Shown here: positions 30,450-39,799 of the stretch, one piece after another
How positions within the stretch are numbered: the first letter of the stretch is position 1
How the letters are laid out: each line of letters begins with the position of its first letter
Source: a virus
Taxonomy: Duplodnaviria > Caudoviricetes
Virus record (IMG/VR): IMGVR_UViG_3300022536_000073
Location: 1 to 63,545 of that record
Direction: 5' to 3' (one strand)
DNA: 63,545 nt
The notes under the pieces: model-generated
Databases searched by the model: none
What the model was told of the DNA's origin: nothing
The model's input: only the letters and a program-made list of their open reading frames with translations
Position numbers and translations under genes: made by a program

Positions 30450-30651
30450 ACGTCTTCATTCCGCACCTTTTAGAACACCAAATTTCTCCATGTCCGTGGG
30501 TTATTGAATGGTGCCCCCAAGCGTATCTCGGATCTAATCCCACTTTATCGCATCCCGCGCATTTAGTGGTCTTAAGAATACCCAATAACAGCGGCCTTTT
30601 TCCGTCTTTGGGAGGAACCCACGTATTTAAGTGTACTGGGAACACAGGCAT
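30424..30651 (-). CDS. small Cys-containing hypothetical protein
   Basis: CxxC and CxxxC motifs. Confidence 0.4.
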   Translation of the reverse strand: MPVFPVHLNTWVPPKDGKRPLLLGILKTTKCAGCDKVGLDPRYAWGHHSITHGHGEIWCSKRCGMKTSKSQRDRS

Positions 30652-30704
30652 ATTAAGCTATCTCCTCGTATTTCCAGGGTTTATTCACGGTCTCGCCCCC
30701 ACAA

Positions 30705-31217
30705 TTAAAAACTTAACCCCAACCCACCGCTAAAGGTCTTGTTGGTTTGACCCTGGATCAATAAACGAACTCCCATGCTACGTGAGTTATAAATATCGCG
30801 CTCATATTGAAGGCCCAAGACTAAGCCCTGATCGCTTGTGATCCGGTCATTACCGTGCTCATCCTGAGTGTGGGTGAGTGTTCCCAAAGCTCCGTATCCC
30901 GCTAAAGCTGAGACCCGGTTTTTGTTATACACGGGTCTCACATATCGCTTTTTTACGATCTGTTTCTTTACTTTGTATTTAACTACGGGAACCTTTTTAA
31001 CGATAGTCCGGTACCGAACTACCGGCACTTTTTTGATCACGGTTTTGGTCTTATACACCACTTTAGGCTTAGTGCAAGTCTTAACTACCTTGGGGGCAGC
31101 ATTGCAAACTTGAACTACGGTTTTATTGCCGTCCGAGTTATCTCCCAGTTTAACGAGATCGTCGTTGGCGTATACAGACAGACTGAACATTCCTACAATA
31201 AGTGTCAAAGTTTTCAT
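30705..31217 (-). CDS. exported protein with C-terminal outer-membrane-type beta strands
   Basis: Signal peptide, KKVPVV repeats, ends in GGLGLSF. Confidence 0.55.
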   Translation of the reverse strand: MKTLTLIVGMFSLSVYANDDLVKLGDNSDGNKTVVQVCNAAPKVVKTCTKPKVVYKTKTVIKKVPVVRYRTIVKKVPVVKYKVKKQIVKKRYVRPVYNKNRVSALAGYGALGTLTHTQDEHGNDRITSDQGLVLGLQYERDIYNSRSMGVRLLIQGQTNKTFSGGLGLSF

Positions 31218-31945
31218 TATTTTCTCTCCTTTTGTAAAACTAAAATGGATTTAATTACATTAAGAGTTTGTTCACATTCTTCCTCACTATAACCCTCTTT
31301 TTTCCCTATTTCTTCGTAATTCTTTTCAAACTCTTCTAAACTAGTCCATTCTCTACAACCAACATGAAACCAGTTGGGAGTAATTGTTATATTATGTCTC
31401 AAGTTAGTAATATTGATACATTCTGAGGGTTTAGTTACTTTAGCATATCCAGAAACTACAGCATTTCCAAAAACTTGAGCATTTCCAGAAACTCTAGCAT
31501 TTCCATCAACTACAGCATCTTCATAAACTTTAGCATCTCCATAAACTTTAGCATTTCCAGAAACTACAGCATTTCCAAAAACTGAAGCATCTCCATGAAC
31601 TCTAGCATTTCCAGAAACTGTAGCATATCCAGAAACGCGAGCACGTCCAAAAACTAGAGCATATCCAGAAACTGCAGCATCTCCAGAAACTTTAGCATCT
31701 CCAGAAACTGCAGCATCTCCGTAAACTAAAGCATCTCCAGAAACCCCAGAATTTACAGAAACTCTAGCATTTCCAAAAACTTTAGCATTTCCAGAAACCC
31801 AACAATCACCCTCTTGACTTAGATTATCCTCAGACTCAACCCAACCTCCTAAAGCACCTTTTTTAATGTTGCGTTTAGGGATATCCCGAAGGGCTCTGAT
31901 TTGAGTTAATCCGTCTTTTTTGTTATCAGTTAATTCGTATTTCAT
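31217..31945 (-). CDS. hexapeptide-repeat (left-handed beta-helix) protein, copy 1
   Basis: About 20 (V)xG(N/D/Y)Ax repeats; paralog at 60761-61435. Confidence 0.85.
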   Translation of the reverse strand: MKYELTDNKKDGLTQIRALRDIPKRNIKKGALGGWVESEDNLSQEGDCWVSGNAKVFGNARVSVNSGVSGDALVYGDAAVSGDAKVSGDAAVSGYALVFGRARVSGYATVSGNARVHGDASVFGNAVVSGNAKVYGDAKVYEDAVVDGNARVSGNAQVFGNAVVSGYAKVTKPSECINITNLRHNITITPNWFHVGCREWTSLEEFEKNYEEIGKKEGYSEEECEQTLNVIKSILVLQKERK

Positions 31946-31957
31946 CGTTCTTTTTAT

Positions 31958-32539
31958 CTATTGGAAATCAATTTCATAAAATACGATATCGGAATAAGCA
32001 CCCTCAATCGAAAACTGACGTCGACCTACCCAACAAACCTCGTTAGAGTTCCCACTCTCACCATCACGCATATCGTTGCAGTAATGATCCCGAGGACTAG
32101 GTCCGTGGTCGCACTTATCGTTATTATAGATATCTGCGTGACCCCCTTCGTTCTCAGCCCACACACCGTCTCCTAAATCTACGCACTCACCACGGTTAGG
32201 TAGGGGGTGGACTTTTAGCACTGAGCCCGGGGACCCAGGATCTCCTTTATCACCTTTCGGCCCTTTAGGACCAGGGACGCCAGGTAACCCATGGTCACCT
32301 TTATCACCACGATCTCCCTTTTCGCCTTTTTCTCCGGTCACACCTTTTGGCCCAGGTAGCCCTTGATCACCGTTGTCGCCCTTCGGCCCTTTAGGGCCTC
32401 TAGGCCCCATAACCCCAGGCGTTCCGTCCATACCATCTACCCCATTTTTACCCTTGGTGATGATTTCTTGATTCTCCCAACAACCCGTTATGAGTACCAG
32501 AAAAAGACCAGCTACAATCGTTTGAAATTTAGTGTTCAT
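31958..32539 (-). CDS. collagen-repeat lipoprotein
   Basis: LITGC lipobox, long Gly-X-Y run, Cys-containing C-terminal domain. Confidence 0.8.
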   Translation of the reverse strand: MNTKFQTIVAGLFLVLITGCWENQEIITKGKNGVDGMDGTPGVMGPRGPKGPKGDNGDQGLPGPKGVTGEKGEKGDRGDKGDHGLPGVPGPKGPKGDKGDPGSPGSVLKVHPLPNRGECVDLGDGVWAENEGGHADIYNNDKCDHGPSPRDHYCNDMRDGESGNSNEVCWVGRRQFSIEGAYSDIVFYEIDFQ

Positions 32540-32583
32540 AAAGCAATAATAACCCACCTCAAATAGAATGGGAAGCTGTTTTT

Positions 32584-32592
32584 TGGTATAAT
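32584..32592 (+). promoter_or_regulatory. putative late promoter TGGTATAAT
   Basis: Recurring motif at the restart of the + strand island. Confidence 0.6.
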
Positions 32593-32661
32593 TTAGTTAA
32601 GATTGTTTAAGATTACCAAAAGTCACAAAGATTAACAATATATACGGGTTACGGGAACAAA

Positions 32662-33036
32662 ATGTCAGAAAACGGTGAAGGCGGCGACGGCCGGGTCCTC
32701 AAAACTTTAGACAAACTCCAGGATCGATTAGACGAAAAATTGGAGAAAATCGACACTCGTTTGGACTCTATTGAGAAAATTCAAATTGAGCACAAAGGGG
32801 TCCTAGATCACCACATTTACCGTACCGACCTCGCCGAAAAGAAATCCGACCTCCTAGAACAAAGCATCGAAAAGAATACCCAAACCCTTGCCAAAGACCT
32901 CAAAGACTTCAAAAAAGAAATGGTTCCAGTAAAACGCCACGTAGACTACATGAACGGAACCCTTAAATCTATCGGCCTCCTAGCCTCCCTAGCAGCTGTA
33001 ATATCAGGTGTCGTAGCTCTCATAACTATACTCTAG
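32662..33036 (+). CDS. coiled-coil protein with C-terminal TM (XhlA/holin-like)
   Basis: Coiled coil followed by a hydrophobic C-terminus. Confidence 0.5.
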   Translation: MSENGEGGDGRVLKTLDKLQDRLDEKLEKIDTRLDSIEKIQIEHKGVLDHHIYRTDLAEKKSDLLEQSIEKNTQTLAKDLKDFKKEMVPVKRHVDYMNGTLKSIGLLASLAAVISGVVALITIL

Positions 33037-33060
33037 CCCCCGTAGTTAAGTCCCTGATTT

Positions 33061-33069
33061 TGGTATAAT
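33061..33069 (+). promoter_or_regulatory. putative late promoter TGGTATAAT
   Basis: Recurring motif. Confidence 0.6.
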
Positions 33070-33091
33070 TTATCAAGAGGACCTCTTTACC

Positions 33092-33478
33092 ATGATCAAT
33101 GCCCGAATTATCTCACCAGACGCTACCTTGAATAATTTCACAGAGTTAAGCACCGTTAAAATCACCCCAGGAGAGAATGCTGATGTAGCTATTCGTCTTT
33201 TTGACGAAAATAAAGACATCCGGTACGTAACGGCGGCTACAGCACAAGTTAAGTTGAGGTTCACCAATAAAGACGGCACCACCCTAGAAAAGACGGCCAC
33301 CGCAGTGGATGTCGGCGATAGATCCATGTGGCGGATATCCCTCACACAAATGGAGACTGCTAACCTGGGGGGCACCAATATTGAGGTAGAACTTGATCTC
33401 GCTAACGACGATGTGACGGTATGGCTTGCCGCAATTCGAGGCGGGGTTTCTCTAGTCTTAACCTCGGGGAACTGTTAA
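33092..33478 (+). CDS. putative Ig-like/BppU-N-like virion protein
   Basis: Beta-sandwich pattern; precedes the neck gene. Confidence 0.45.
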   Translation: MINARIISPDATLNNFTELSTVKITPGENADVAIRLFDENKDIRYVTAATAQVKLRFTNKDGTTLEKTATAVDVGDRSMWRISLTQMETANLGGTNIEVELDLANDDVTVWLAAIRGGVSLVLTSGNC

Positions 33479-34320
33479 TGGGTGTAGTAAATGGCGGAAA
33501 AGACGGTTTAGTCGTCGACAGCACTTTCAATACTAAGTCAGAAGCTTTGGTAGATGTAGACAAGCTCCGGGGGGTGTACCTCTTTGGGCTTGATATCAAA
33601 AACCCAAATACCGGAAAACCCCTCCCAGATGACGTTTATCAACAATATATCGATAACGCCGTATCGATGCTTGAGCACTACCTAGACATCTCAATCACTC
33701 CCGTAAGAGATCACGTAGAGCACAAAGATTATCGTCTAAACGACTATGCTGATTGGGGTTTTTATTATTTAAACAACTTCCCGGCTATCTGCATCCGTAA
33801 AATCGAATTAGTTTACTTTAGAGACGAAAACGGAGACCCCGAAGTAGTTCAGACCATCCCCAATAACTGGGTACGTCTCCAAGCCCATGACGGGATTGTG
33901 CGACTTATTCCAAACGCTAGGTTCCCCGCCAATCTTCAGATCTCTCAAACCGGGTCCTATTTCCCAGAGATTCTAAGAAGCCAATTCGTCCCCCATTTGT
34001 GGCAGATTACCTATGATTACGGTTTTGAGCCCGGTAAGATCCCTGTACTGGTGAATCAGGCTATCTCTATTTTAGCCTCTATCCAAGCCCTTGTCGTAGG
34101 CGGTAACCTCGTTCTGGGGGCAGGTATTGCGGGCTCTAGTATTTCCTTAGACGGGTTAAGTCAATCGATTCAAACCACTCAGTCTGCGGAGAACTCTGCT
34201 TACTCAGCTACTATTAAAGATTACGGGGACCGACTTTTTGGGAAGACAAAAGATGATCCGACAGCAATCCTGACTATTCTCAAGAAGTACTACAAAGGGA
34301 CTAATATTAGTATTATTTAG
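33478..34320 (+). CDS. head-tail adaptor/neck protein
   Basis: YLFG.D, ITYDYGF, GAGIAGSSISLDGLSQS and SAYSA motifs of SPO1/Twort-like neck proteins. Confidence 0.75.
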   Translation: MGVVNGGKDGLVVDSTFNTKSEALVDVDKLRGVYLFGLDIKNPNTGKPLPDDVYQQYIDNAVSMLEHYLDISITPVRDHVEHKDYRLNDYADWGFYYLNNFPAICIRKIELVYFRDENGDPEVVQTIPNNWVRLQAHDGIVRLIPNARFPANLQISQTGSYFPEILRSQFVPHLWQITYDYGFEPGKIPVLVNQAISILASIQALVVGGNLVLGAGIAGSSISLDGLSQSIQTTQSAENSAYSATIKDYGDRLFGKTKDDPTAILTILKKYYKGTNISII

Positions 34321-34330
34321 GGAAGATGAT

Positions 34331-35335
34331 ATGAAAGCACAAAACTCAGACAATACGCTCTCTTTATTAGAAAAGCTCTCTAAAGGTGGTGTGGGCTCAG
34401 GAGTCCGTGGCCACAAAACTGCCCGAGACCCCAAAGCTCAAAAAAATAAACTCCAAAATCATCTAGAGATGCTAAAGCAGGGTGGGGTTATCCCAGGAGT
34501 TTCTACTCAATCTGGGAAACCTATCGTAACCAGCATCAAACAAGCCCGTATTCATCAATATAGCTCCCAAGACCATATGGACGCCGTAAATGCCCATTAT
34601 GAGCTAGCAGAGCGCACTCAGAAGACCCTGGATAAACTGACTGCAAGTGGGCTCGACATCCCCAAAGAGGGTAAAGAGATTGCCAAGTTTCATTTAGACA
34701 AGATGAAGGAACACATGGTAGAACGAAACCGTACCGAAGATCAAACGGAACGCAAAAAACGTGCCATGGAGTCTTATGCCAAAAAAGAAAAAGTAGAAAA
34801 AGCCGTAACCATGGTAGGTGAGGGGCAAGAGGGGGCGGACATCGATACCGGCAATTTCGCTACTGCCAGAGCTCATGCTGACCCCGAACTACTACAGAAG
34901 CTGTATGAGACCATGCAGAACTGCGATTTTGGGGATGTTAGGGACCTAGACCTAGATAAAGGTAAGCTACACCTAGCTAAAGTGGACGACGGACTATATA
35001 CGGGCTATTTTACGACTTTAAAGCCTGTTGAAGGTGGGGAGCTTGAGGATAACTCAAAAATCCGCATTGAACGCATCACCGTGCCTGATTTAGCTCAACT
35101 AATCGATGCCAAGGAGTGGAATGGGATCCCTCAAGACGTAGATGCAGAGCCTGAGGTAGAAAAGTTTAATGTAGGGGCTATCCCAGCGGCCTTTTCGGAA
35201 AACGCTCCGGAAGACGCCGATTACGCCGCTTTGACTGAGAAGTTAGCAGGACCCCCCGAGGACACCCCCATAGAAGCCCCAAGTGTGGAACAAAAGATCC
35301 GTTTACTGGAGCTCGTGAATAAGTTAATCTCATAG
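34331..35335 (+). CDS. putative internal head protein
   Basis: LSKGGVGSG..GH motif and protease-type sites. Confidence 0.45.
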   Translation: MKAQNSDNTLSLLEKLSKGGVGSGVRGHKTARDPKAQKNKLQNHLEMLKQGGVIPGVSTQSGKPIVTSIKQARIHQYSSQDHMDAVNAHYELAERTQKTLDKLTASGLDIPKEGKEIAKFHLDKMKEHMVERNRTEDQTERKKRAMESYAKKEKVEKAVTMVGEGQEGADIDTGNFATARAHADPELLQKLYETMQNCDFGDVRDLDLDKGKLHLAKVDDGLYTGYFTTLKPVEGGELEDNSKIRIERITVPDLAQLIDAKEWNGIPQDVDAEPEVEKFNVGAIPAAFSENAPEDADYAALTEKLAGPPEDTPIEAPSVEQKIRLLELVNKLIS

Positions 35336-35339
35336 CCTT

Positions 35340-35348
35340 TGATATAAT
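35340..35348 (+). promoter_or_regulatory. putative late promoter TGATATAAT
   Basis: Recurring motif. Confidence 0.6.
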
Positions 35349-35387
35349 TAAGTTAAGTAATTACTGTAATTTTAGGAGACCCTCAAA

Positions 35388-36476
35388 ATGTCTGACCTCA
35401 ACACCGAAATCGAAGAAATGGCCGAAAAGATGGAAAAATCAACTAAAGAGCCAAAAGAGCTTTTAATTGAAACCCTCCAAGAAATGGGCCCAGATAAACT
35501 TCGTGAGAAAATCCCTACTCTGAATAAGTCCGAAAAAGAAGTTCTTTTTAACGCCCTAGAGGAGATGAAAAAGGCCGTGTCTATGGACGACGCATACGCT
35601 GCTCCCGTTATCGAAGGTGATATTGAGGACACTAAACTTCAAGAAGAAATCGCTAGTGATGATGCTGACGAGAAGCTAGTGAAGCCAGAAGCCGCTAAAC
35701 ACAACCACCAAGGTGACGTGAGTCCTGAGGGTCGTGACGGTCACGTGATCAAAGGTATGTCAGACAAAGAAGAAGACAAAAAGATCGCTGAAAAAGAAGC
35801 TAAAAAAGAAGTCAAAGAACACGAAAAAGAAATGCATGCTAAAAAAGCTTGTATGACTAAATCAGAGGATGAAGAAATGAAAGAAAAGTTAATTGCTCTT
35901 AAAAAGTCTATTGAAGAAGAGGTGGGCGAAAGAGCTACTCCTGAGCTAGTTAAAGCTGAGATGAAAAAGCGTATGCTTAAAGAAGAAGGCCAACTAGGGG
36001 ACGCTCCAGAAATGGAAAAAGAGAAGACTCGTGGCGACAAAGCCCGCCCCGAAGCCATCAAAGTCGAAGAAGAGAATAGAGAGGCTCAAGACAAAGTAGA
36101 CGATAAGAGTCAAGGCCAAGAAAAAAAGATGAAGAAGTCTGTTAACTGGGCCGATGAGAATGAGCTATTTAAGTCATCTAAAGGTGGGCGTAACCACTCG
36201 TTCTCTGTAGGGGCTTACTACGACGAAGCCATTAAAAAGAGCGAAGAAGAGCCAAAAGAAGAAGTTAAAAAATCTGAAGGCGAAGCTAAAGAGGACTTGA
36301 ATGACATCATCGAAAAGGGCGGAGACGCGTCTTGGGACGACGTCACGACCGAGCGTATGATCAAGTCCAACAAAGAAAAGGTTACTGGTAGGTTCTATAA
36401 ATCTTTCGCTACTAACGAGATCGCAGAAGCTTTGGGCCTTACTGAGGAACAAGCTAAAGAGGTTCTCGGAGAGTAA
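35388..36476 (+). CDS. acidic, scaffold-like putative internal head protein
   Basis: E/K-rich with many (hydrophobic)xK(S/A/G) sites; has its own promoter and terminator. Confidence 0.55.
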   Translation: MSDLNTEIEEMAEKMEKSTKEPKELLIETLQEMGPDKLREKIPTLNKSEKEVLFNALEEMKKAVSMDDAYAAPVIEGDIEDTKLQEEIASDDADEKLVKPEAAKHNHQGDVSPEGRDGHVIKGMSDKEEDKKIAEKEAKKEVKEHEKEMHAKKACMTKSEDEEMKEKLIALKKSIEEEVGERATPELVKAEMKKRMLKEEGQLGDAPEMEKEKTRGDKARPEAIKVEEENREAQDKVDDKSQGQEKKMKKSVNWADENELFKSSKGGRNHSFSVGAYYDEAIKKSEEEPKEEVKKSEGEAKEDLNDIIEKGGDASWDDVTTERMIKSNKEKVTGRFYKSFATNEIAEALGLTEEQAKEVLGE

Positions 36477-36523
36477 AGTTTATTCACTCATTTTGTGGCT
36501 AGCGCCTCAATACGGTGGGGTTT

Positions 36524-36559
36524 GGGAGGGGGAGCTGGTTTCAGCCCCCTCCCGTTTTT
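36524..36559 (+). terminator. rho-independent terminator
   Basis: GGGAGGGGG.GCTG/CAGCCCCCTCCC stem followed by a T tract. Confidence 0.75.
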
Positions 36560-36570
36560 GTTTTAGGAGT

Positions 36571-36804
36571 ATGAAAATGGCAATGCCTCAATGGTTAAAA
36601 GACGTGATTAGTTTCATCAACGGTTTTCGTAAGTTTACTGTTATGGTATTGCTACTCGTCACAGGGATCTCTTTCCGAGTCACAGACTTCATCACGGGCT
36701 CTGAATTCGTAGAACTCCTCAGATACACGACAGTAGCCTACATGGGCACAAACGCGCTAGAACATATGTCTAAAGCCGTTGTGGAATGGGTTAAAAAGAA
36801 GTAA
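36571..36804 (+). CDS. putative holin
   Basis: Small protein with RKF followed by hydrophobic segments and a basic C-terminus; MKM start. Confidence 0.5.
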   Translation: MKMAMPQWLKDVISFINGFRKFTVMVLLLVTGISFRVTDFITGSEFVELLRYTTVAYMGTNALEHMSKAVVEWVKKK

Positions 36805-36827
36805 AAGCAACTTAAGAGTGAACTCCG

Positions 36828-36836
36828 TGATATAAT
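36828..36836 (+). promoter_or_regulatory. putative late promoter TGATATAAT
   Basis: Recurring motif. Confidence 0.55.
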
Positions 36837-36896
36837 TGATGAGTACGGGAGCGAAGACTTCGACTAAGCCGTTCGCATTGACGAGATTAAGAGAGG

Positions 36897-37238
36897 TTGG
36901 CATCGATGAGCTACCGGAAACGGAACATCGGAAACTGGAACCAAGGCAAAGCCTACAAGGGCACAAGAAAGGCCAAAGAACGTCAATATGGCGTGAAAGA
37001 GGTCAATCAGCAGTTAGCTGAGGATCAAGACCCAAACTTTAGGTATCGACACTACTCTCATACTAAGAATGAGGTAGAGAGTTTGAAAGCTCAGCTCCAG
37101 CGTTACGAGCACTTGTACGAGACCTGCAAAAAAGCCGGCAGAGACATGTGGCGAAATTATTGGTTAGACTGCGCCAAAAAAGCGCGAAAGAAATTAACAA
37201 AGGTTGAGCAAGAGTCTCAGCAACGGAGCGGGAACTAG
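36897..37238 (+). CDS. basic hypothetical protein
   Basis: K/R-rich; GAGG RBS. Confidence 0.5.
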   Translation: MASMSYRKRNIGNWNQGKAYKGTRKAKERQYGVKEVNQQLAEDQDPNFRYRHYSHTKNEVESLKAQLQRYEHLYETCKKAGRDMWRNYWLDCAKKARKKLTKVEQESQQRSGN

Positions 37239-38053
37239 TGTCAGATAAACACGGCCACAATAGGAAAACTAAAAATGTCCCCTCTTGGAAGGTCAAGGAG
37301 TCTGAACTCCAAGAAGAGACCGCTCCCATTGAGCGTGTTGACCTAGACCCCTTTAAGTTCGAACGTTTAATCGAGCAAAAGGGCGTGAATGTGAAAGTAT
37401 TCCGCACCAGCTACTGTCCTAAAGTTAAGTCCGTAGACGGGGCTGAACATGAGATCGATTGCGTGATTTGCAATGGTTCGGGCTTTGTAGACCTCGACCC
37501 TATCTGCGTCAAAGCCTTCATGCAGACCCAAGAGTTAGAGAAAATGCATAACGTCGAGGGGTTCGTAGACGGTAACCAAGTCCTAATGACCTTCCCTATC
37601 GGAGTAGAACTCCAGTACTTTACTAAAGTGGAATTAGAGGACTTCACAGACATTTTCATGCAACGAGTTTTAAGGTCCCCAGGAACTAATACGGACGTCT
37701 TGAAATACAACGCTTGTCGGGTAAACTTTATCTTGGACTATAATAATGTCCGTTACTACCAAGATCAAGACTTCAAGATCGATCAAAATGGGAATATTGA
37801 GTGGGGGTTAGGCAACACTCCCGCAGACAACCTTCCTTACTCTGTGCATTATGAAGCGGCAGTTCAGTTCCGAGCTACCCGAGCTATGCACGTCAATAGG
37901 TTTAGTCAATATAAGACCGCAGGTAAGATCGAGCACTTGAAGTATCAAGAGCAGTGGCTCATGACCAAGGAATTCTTGGTGAAGCGTCTGGATGAAAACG
38001 GCAACGAACTAGAACAGTCCCCTTACGATAACCACACTATTGTGGAAGAGTAG
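37238..38053 (+). CDS. neck/head-closure protein
   Basis: FERLIEQKG, YCP and CVICNGSG, as in SPO1/Twort-like neck proteins. Confidence 0.7.
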   Translation: MSDKHGHNRKTKNVPSWKVKESELQEETAPIERVDLDPFKFERLIEQKGVNVKVFRTSYCPKVKSVDGAEHEIDCVICNGSGFVDLDPICVKAFMQTQELEKMHNVEGFVDGNQVLMTFPIGVELQYFTKVELEDFTDIFMQRVLRSPGTNTDVLKYNACRVNFILDYNNVRYYQDQDFKIDQNGNIEWGLGNTPADNLPYSVHYEAAVQFRATRAMHVNRFSQYKTAGKIEHLKYQEQWLMTKEFLVKRLDENGNELEQSPYDNHTIVEE

Positions 38054-38208
38054 TTAATCCTTTTCATCTAATTCGGGCATCTTAAAATCGATTTTAGGCA
38101 GTGGGACATAAGTCTCAAACACCGCGACCTCATCATCTACTCTCATGACTACCGGCTTCTTCATGCCTTCGGCAGCCTTTTTAAGGTTCTCAATAAAATC
38201 CTCTATGA

Positions 38209-38418
38209 TCATGCTTTTTCTTCCTCATATCCAGGCACTTCTTTGCCCTTGCGGACGTAGGCGTAGCACTTCAAACAGTAGTAATCTGAGCATACCTCAT
38301 CATTTTGGAGATAATGACAACCTACTTCCGAAGGCGCACCGCAAATTTTACAAACTTCATCGTTCTCACTCATGCCGCATCTTTCCATCGGTCTCGATCT
38401 CGGTCGCACCCGCAACAC
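38209..38418 (-). CDS. small zinc-finger hypothetical protein
   Basis: CxxC...CxxC; start uncertain. Confidence 0.4.
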   Translation of the reverse strand: MLRVRPRSRPMERCGMSENDEVCKICGAPSEVGCHYLQNDEVCSDYYCLKCYAYVRKGKEVPGYEEEKA

Positions 38419-38639
38419 TCAATACAAGCGTCGCAGCTAATACACAACCAGGTCACGTATTTTCCGCATTCAGGGCACCAGGAGTACTCTGTTTTATCCC
38501 TATAGATCCAGTTTAACACAGAAGCAAGCACAATAACACCTAAAAGTATCAAAGCGATCTCTGGACTTTCCGTTTCCGGATCACTTGGGAAACGCCTCAT
38601 AGTGGCGTAGGCTTGAGTTAAAGTAAAAGCGTTTAACAT
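38370..38639 (-). CDS. TM plus Cys-rich hypothetical protein
   Basis: Hydrophobic helix and several CxxC motifs. Confidence 0.45.
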   Translation of the reverse strand: MLNAFTLTQAYATMRRFPSDPETESPEIALILLGVIVLASVLNWIYRDKTEYSWCPECGKYVTWLCISCDACIECCGCDRDRDRWKDAA

Positions 38640-38950
38640 TTCAAATACTCATCCACACTCACGGTACTAATCTCTAAGTCTGTGTCTTGGGCCTTTTTGA
38701 CGTATCCAGAATAGACCTCTTCACTCAAATTGGTAAATCCTCGGCAGTTTTTGTGACATTTATATACTGAACCCGACACATTCTTCATGAGGTAGAAATC
38801 TCCATCTTCGATCACTTCCCCTAGGCCAGAAGACAATCGCCACGATTCTCCGCTTAAGTACCCACCTAACCATCCAGCGAGGACTTTATAAACCGGATCT
38901 TTATCGCCATCTTTTATTTTAATGATTTCCCATCTATCAGGTGTGGTCAT
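38633..38950 (-). CDS. conserved phage hypothetical protein
   Basis: PD.W...YKVLAGW.GGYL.GESWRLSSG motif recalled from other phages. Confidence 0.65.
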   Translation of the reverse strand: MTTPDRWEIIKIKDGDKDPVYKVLAGWLGGYLSGESWRLSSGLGEVIEDGDFYLMKNVSGSVYKCHKNCRGFTNLSEEVYSGYVKKAQDTDLEISTVSVDEYLKC

Positions 38951-38954
38951 CTTT

Positions 38955-39245
38955 TTACTCCTTGATCCCTAGAAGTTGATTTACTTCTTTTAAAATCTTA
39001 CGAGCTGAAGTCCCATTGTCGGAGTTAACGAGCATTACATCGCAGCCTTCCTTAGCGGCTCCCTCTGAATCCATCGCGTAAAACTTCAAGCCTTCCTTCA
39101 TCTTCAAAACCGCTTTCACTAATGCTTTGACGGTTTCCTCGTTAGCTTGAGCTCTAAAATACTCGTCTGGGAGCGGATTCTTTGATCCTTTTTCTTCCCA
39201 TTCGCAGGCTTCTAGAAGTTTCTCTAAATCAATCGGTCGGGTCAT
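38955..39245 (-). CDS. hypothetical protein
   Basis: ATGA-coupled ORF. Confidence 0.5.
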   Translation of the reverse strand: MTRPIDLEKLLEACEWEEKGSKNPLPDEYFRAQANEETVKALVKAVLKMKEGLKFYAMDSEGAAKEGCDVMLVNSDNGTSARKILKEVNQLLGIKE

Positions 39246-39454
39246 CGTACCCTCACTTCGTGAGATTTGAGTGGCACCGTGAAGCTTGTGAGATCTTTAG
39301 TTGTGATCTCGGCAAATTTGTTGTCGATGATAACGATATCCAGGACATCAAATTCGACTTTCAAATCTCGTACCTCAACTTCGCTATCTGCCTCCTTTCG
39401 GGTTGAAATATAGCCTTGAAAAATTCCTTGATCAAATTCTAGTGTCTGTTTCAT
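39242..39454 (-). CDS. hypothetical protein
   Basis: ATGA-coupled, AGGAGG RBS. Confidence 0.5.
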   Translation of the reverse strand: MKQTLEFDQGIFQGYISTRKEADSEVEVRDLKVEFDVLDIVIIDNKFAEITTKDLTSFTVPLKSHEVRVR

Positions 39455-39777
39455 CTTTCCTCCTTAAAAAATACCTTTCTTCGCTCATAATCCTCGCGAC
39501 TGATCGGGTTAGGGTGGTCTACCACGAGAAATTCTTGACCGTATTCGTCGTAATCAACCGACAAAACATGCGTAGTTTTCCCCGCAGTTCCGTAGTGAGT
39601 AACTGCACCTGAATCTGACCCGCCGATGGTCTTGACCTCACCTTCGCGAACCATGCGCTTGAATTCTTCCTGGCTTTTAAGTTTTACTCTCATCTTCCCT
39701 TCTCTCACGGAGTCAATCCAAGCGTCACAAATTTCCCAATCAGGGTGATACTCTTTGCAGTGATTGCATTTGTTCAT
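39451..39777 (-). CDS. hypothetical protein
   Basis: ORF downstream of the methyltransferase. Confidence 0.5.
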   Translation of the reverse strand: MNKCNHCKEYHPDWEICDAWIDSVREGKMRVKLKSQEEFKRMVREGEVKTIGGSDSGAVTHYGTAGKTTHVLSVDYDEYGQEFLVVDHPNPISREDYERRKVFFKEER

Positions 39778-39799
39778 CTTTCATCTTCCCTCCACTCTC

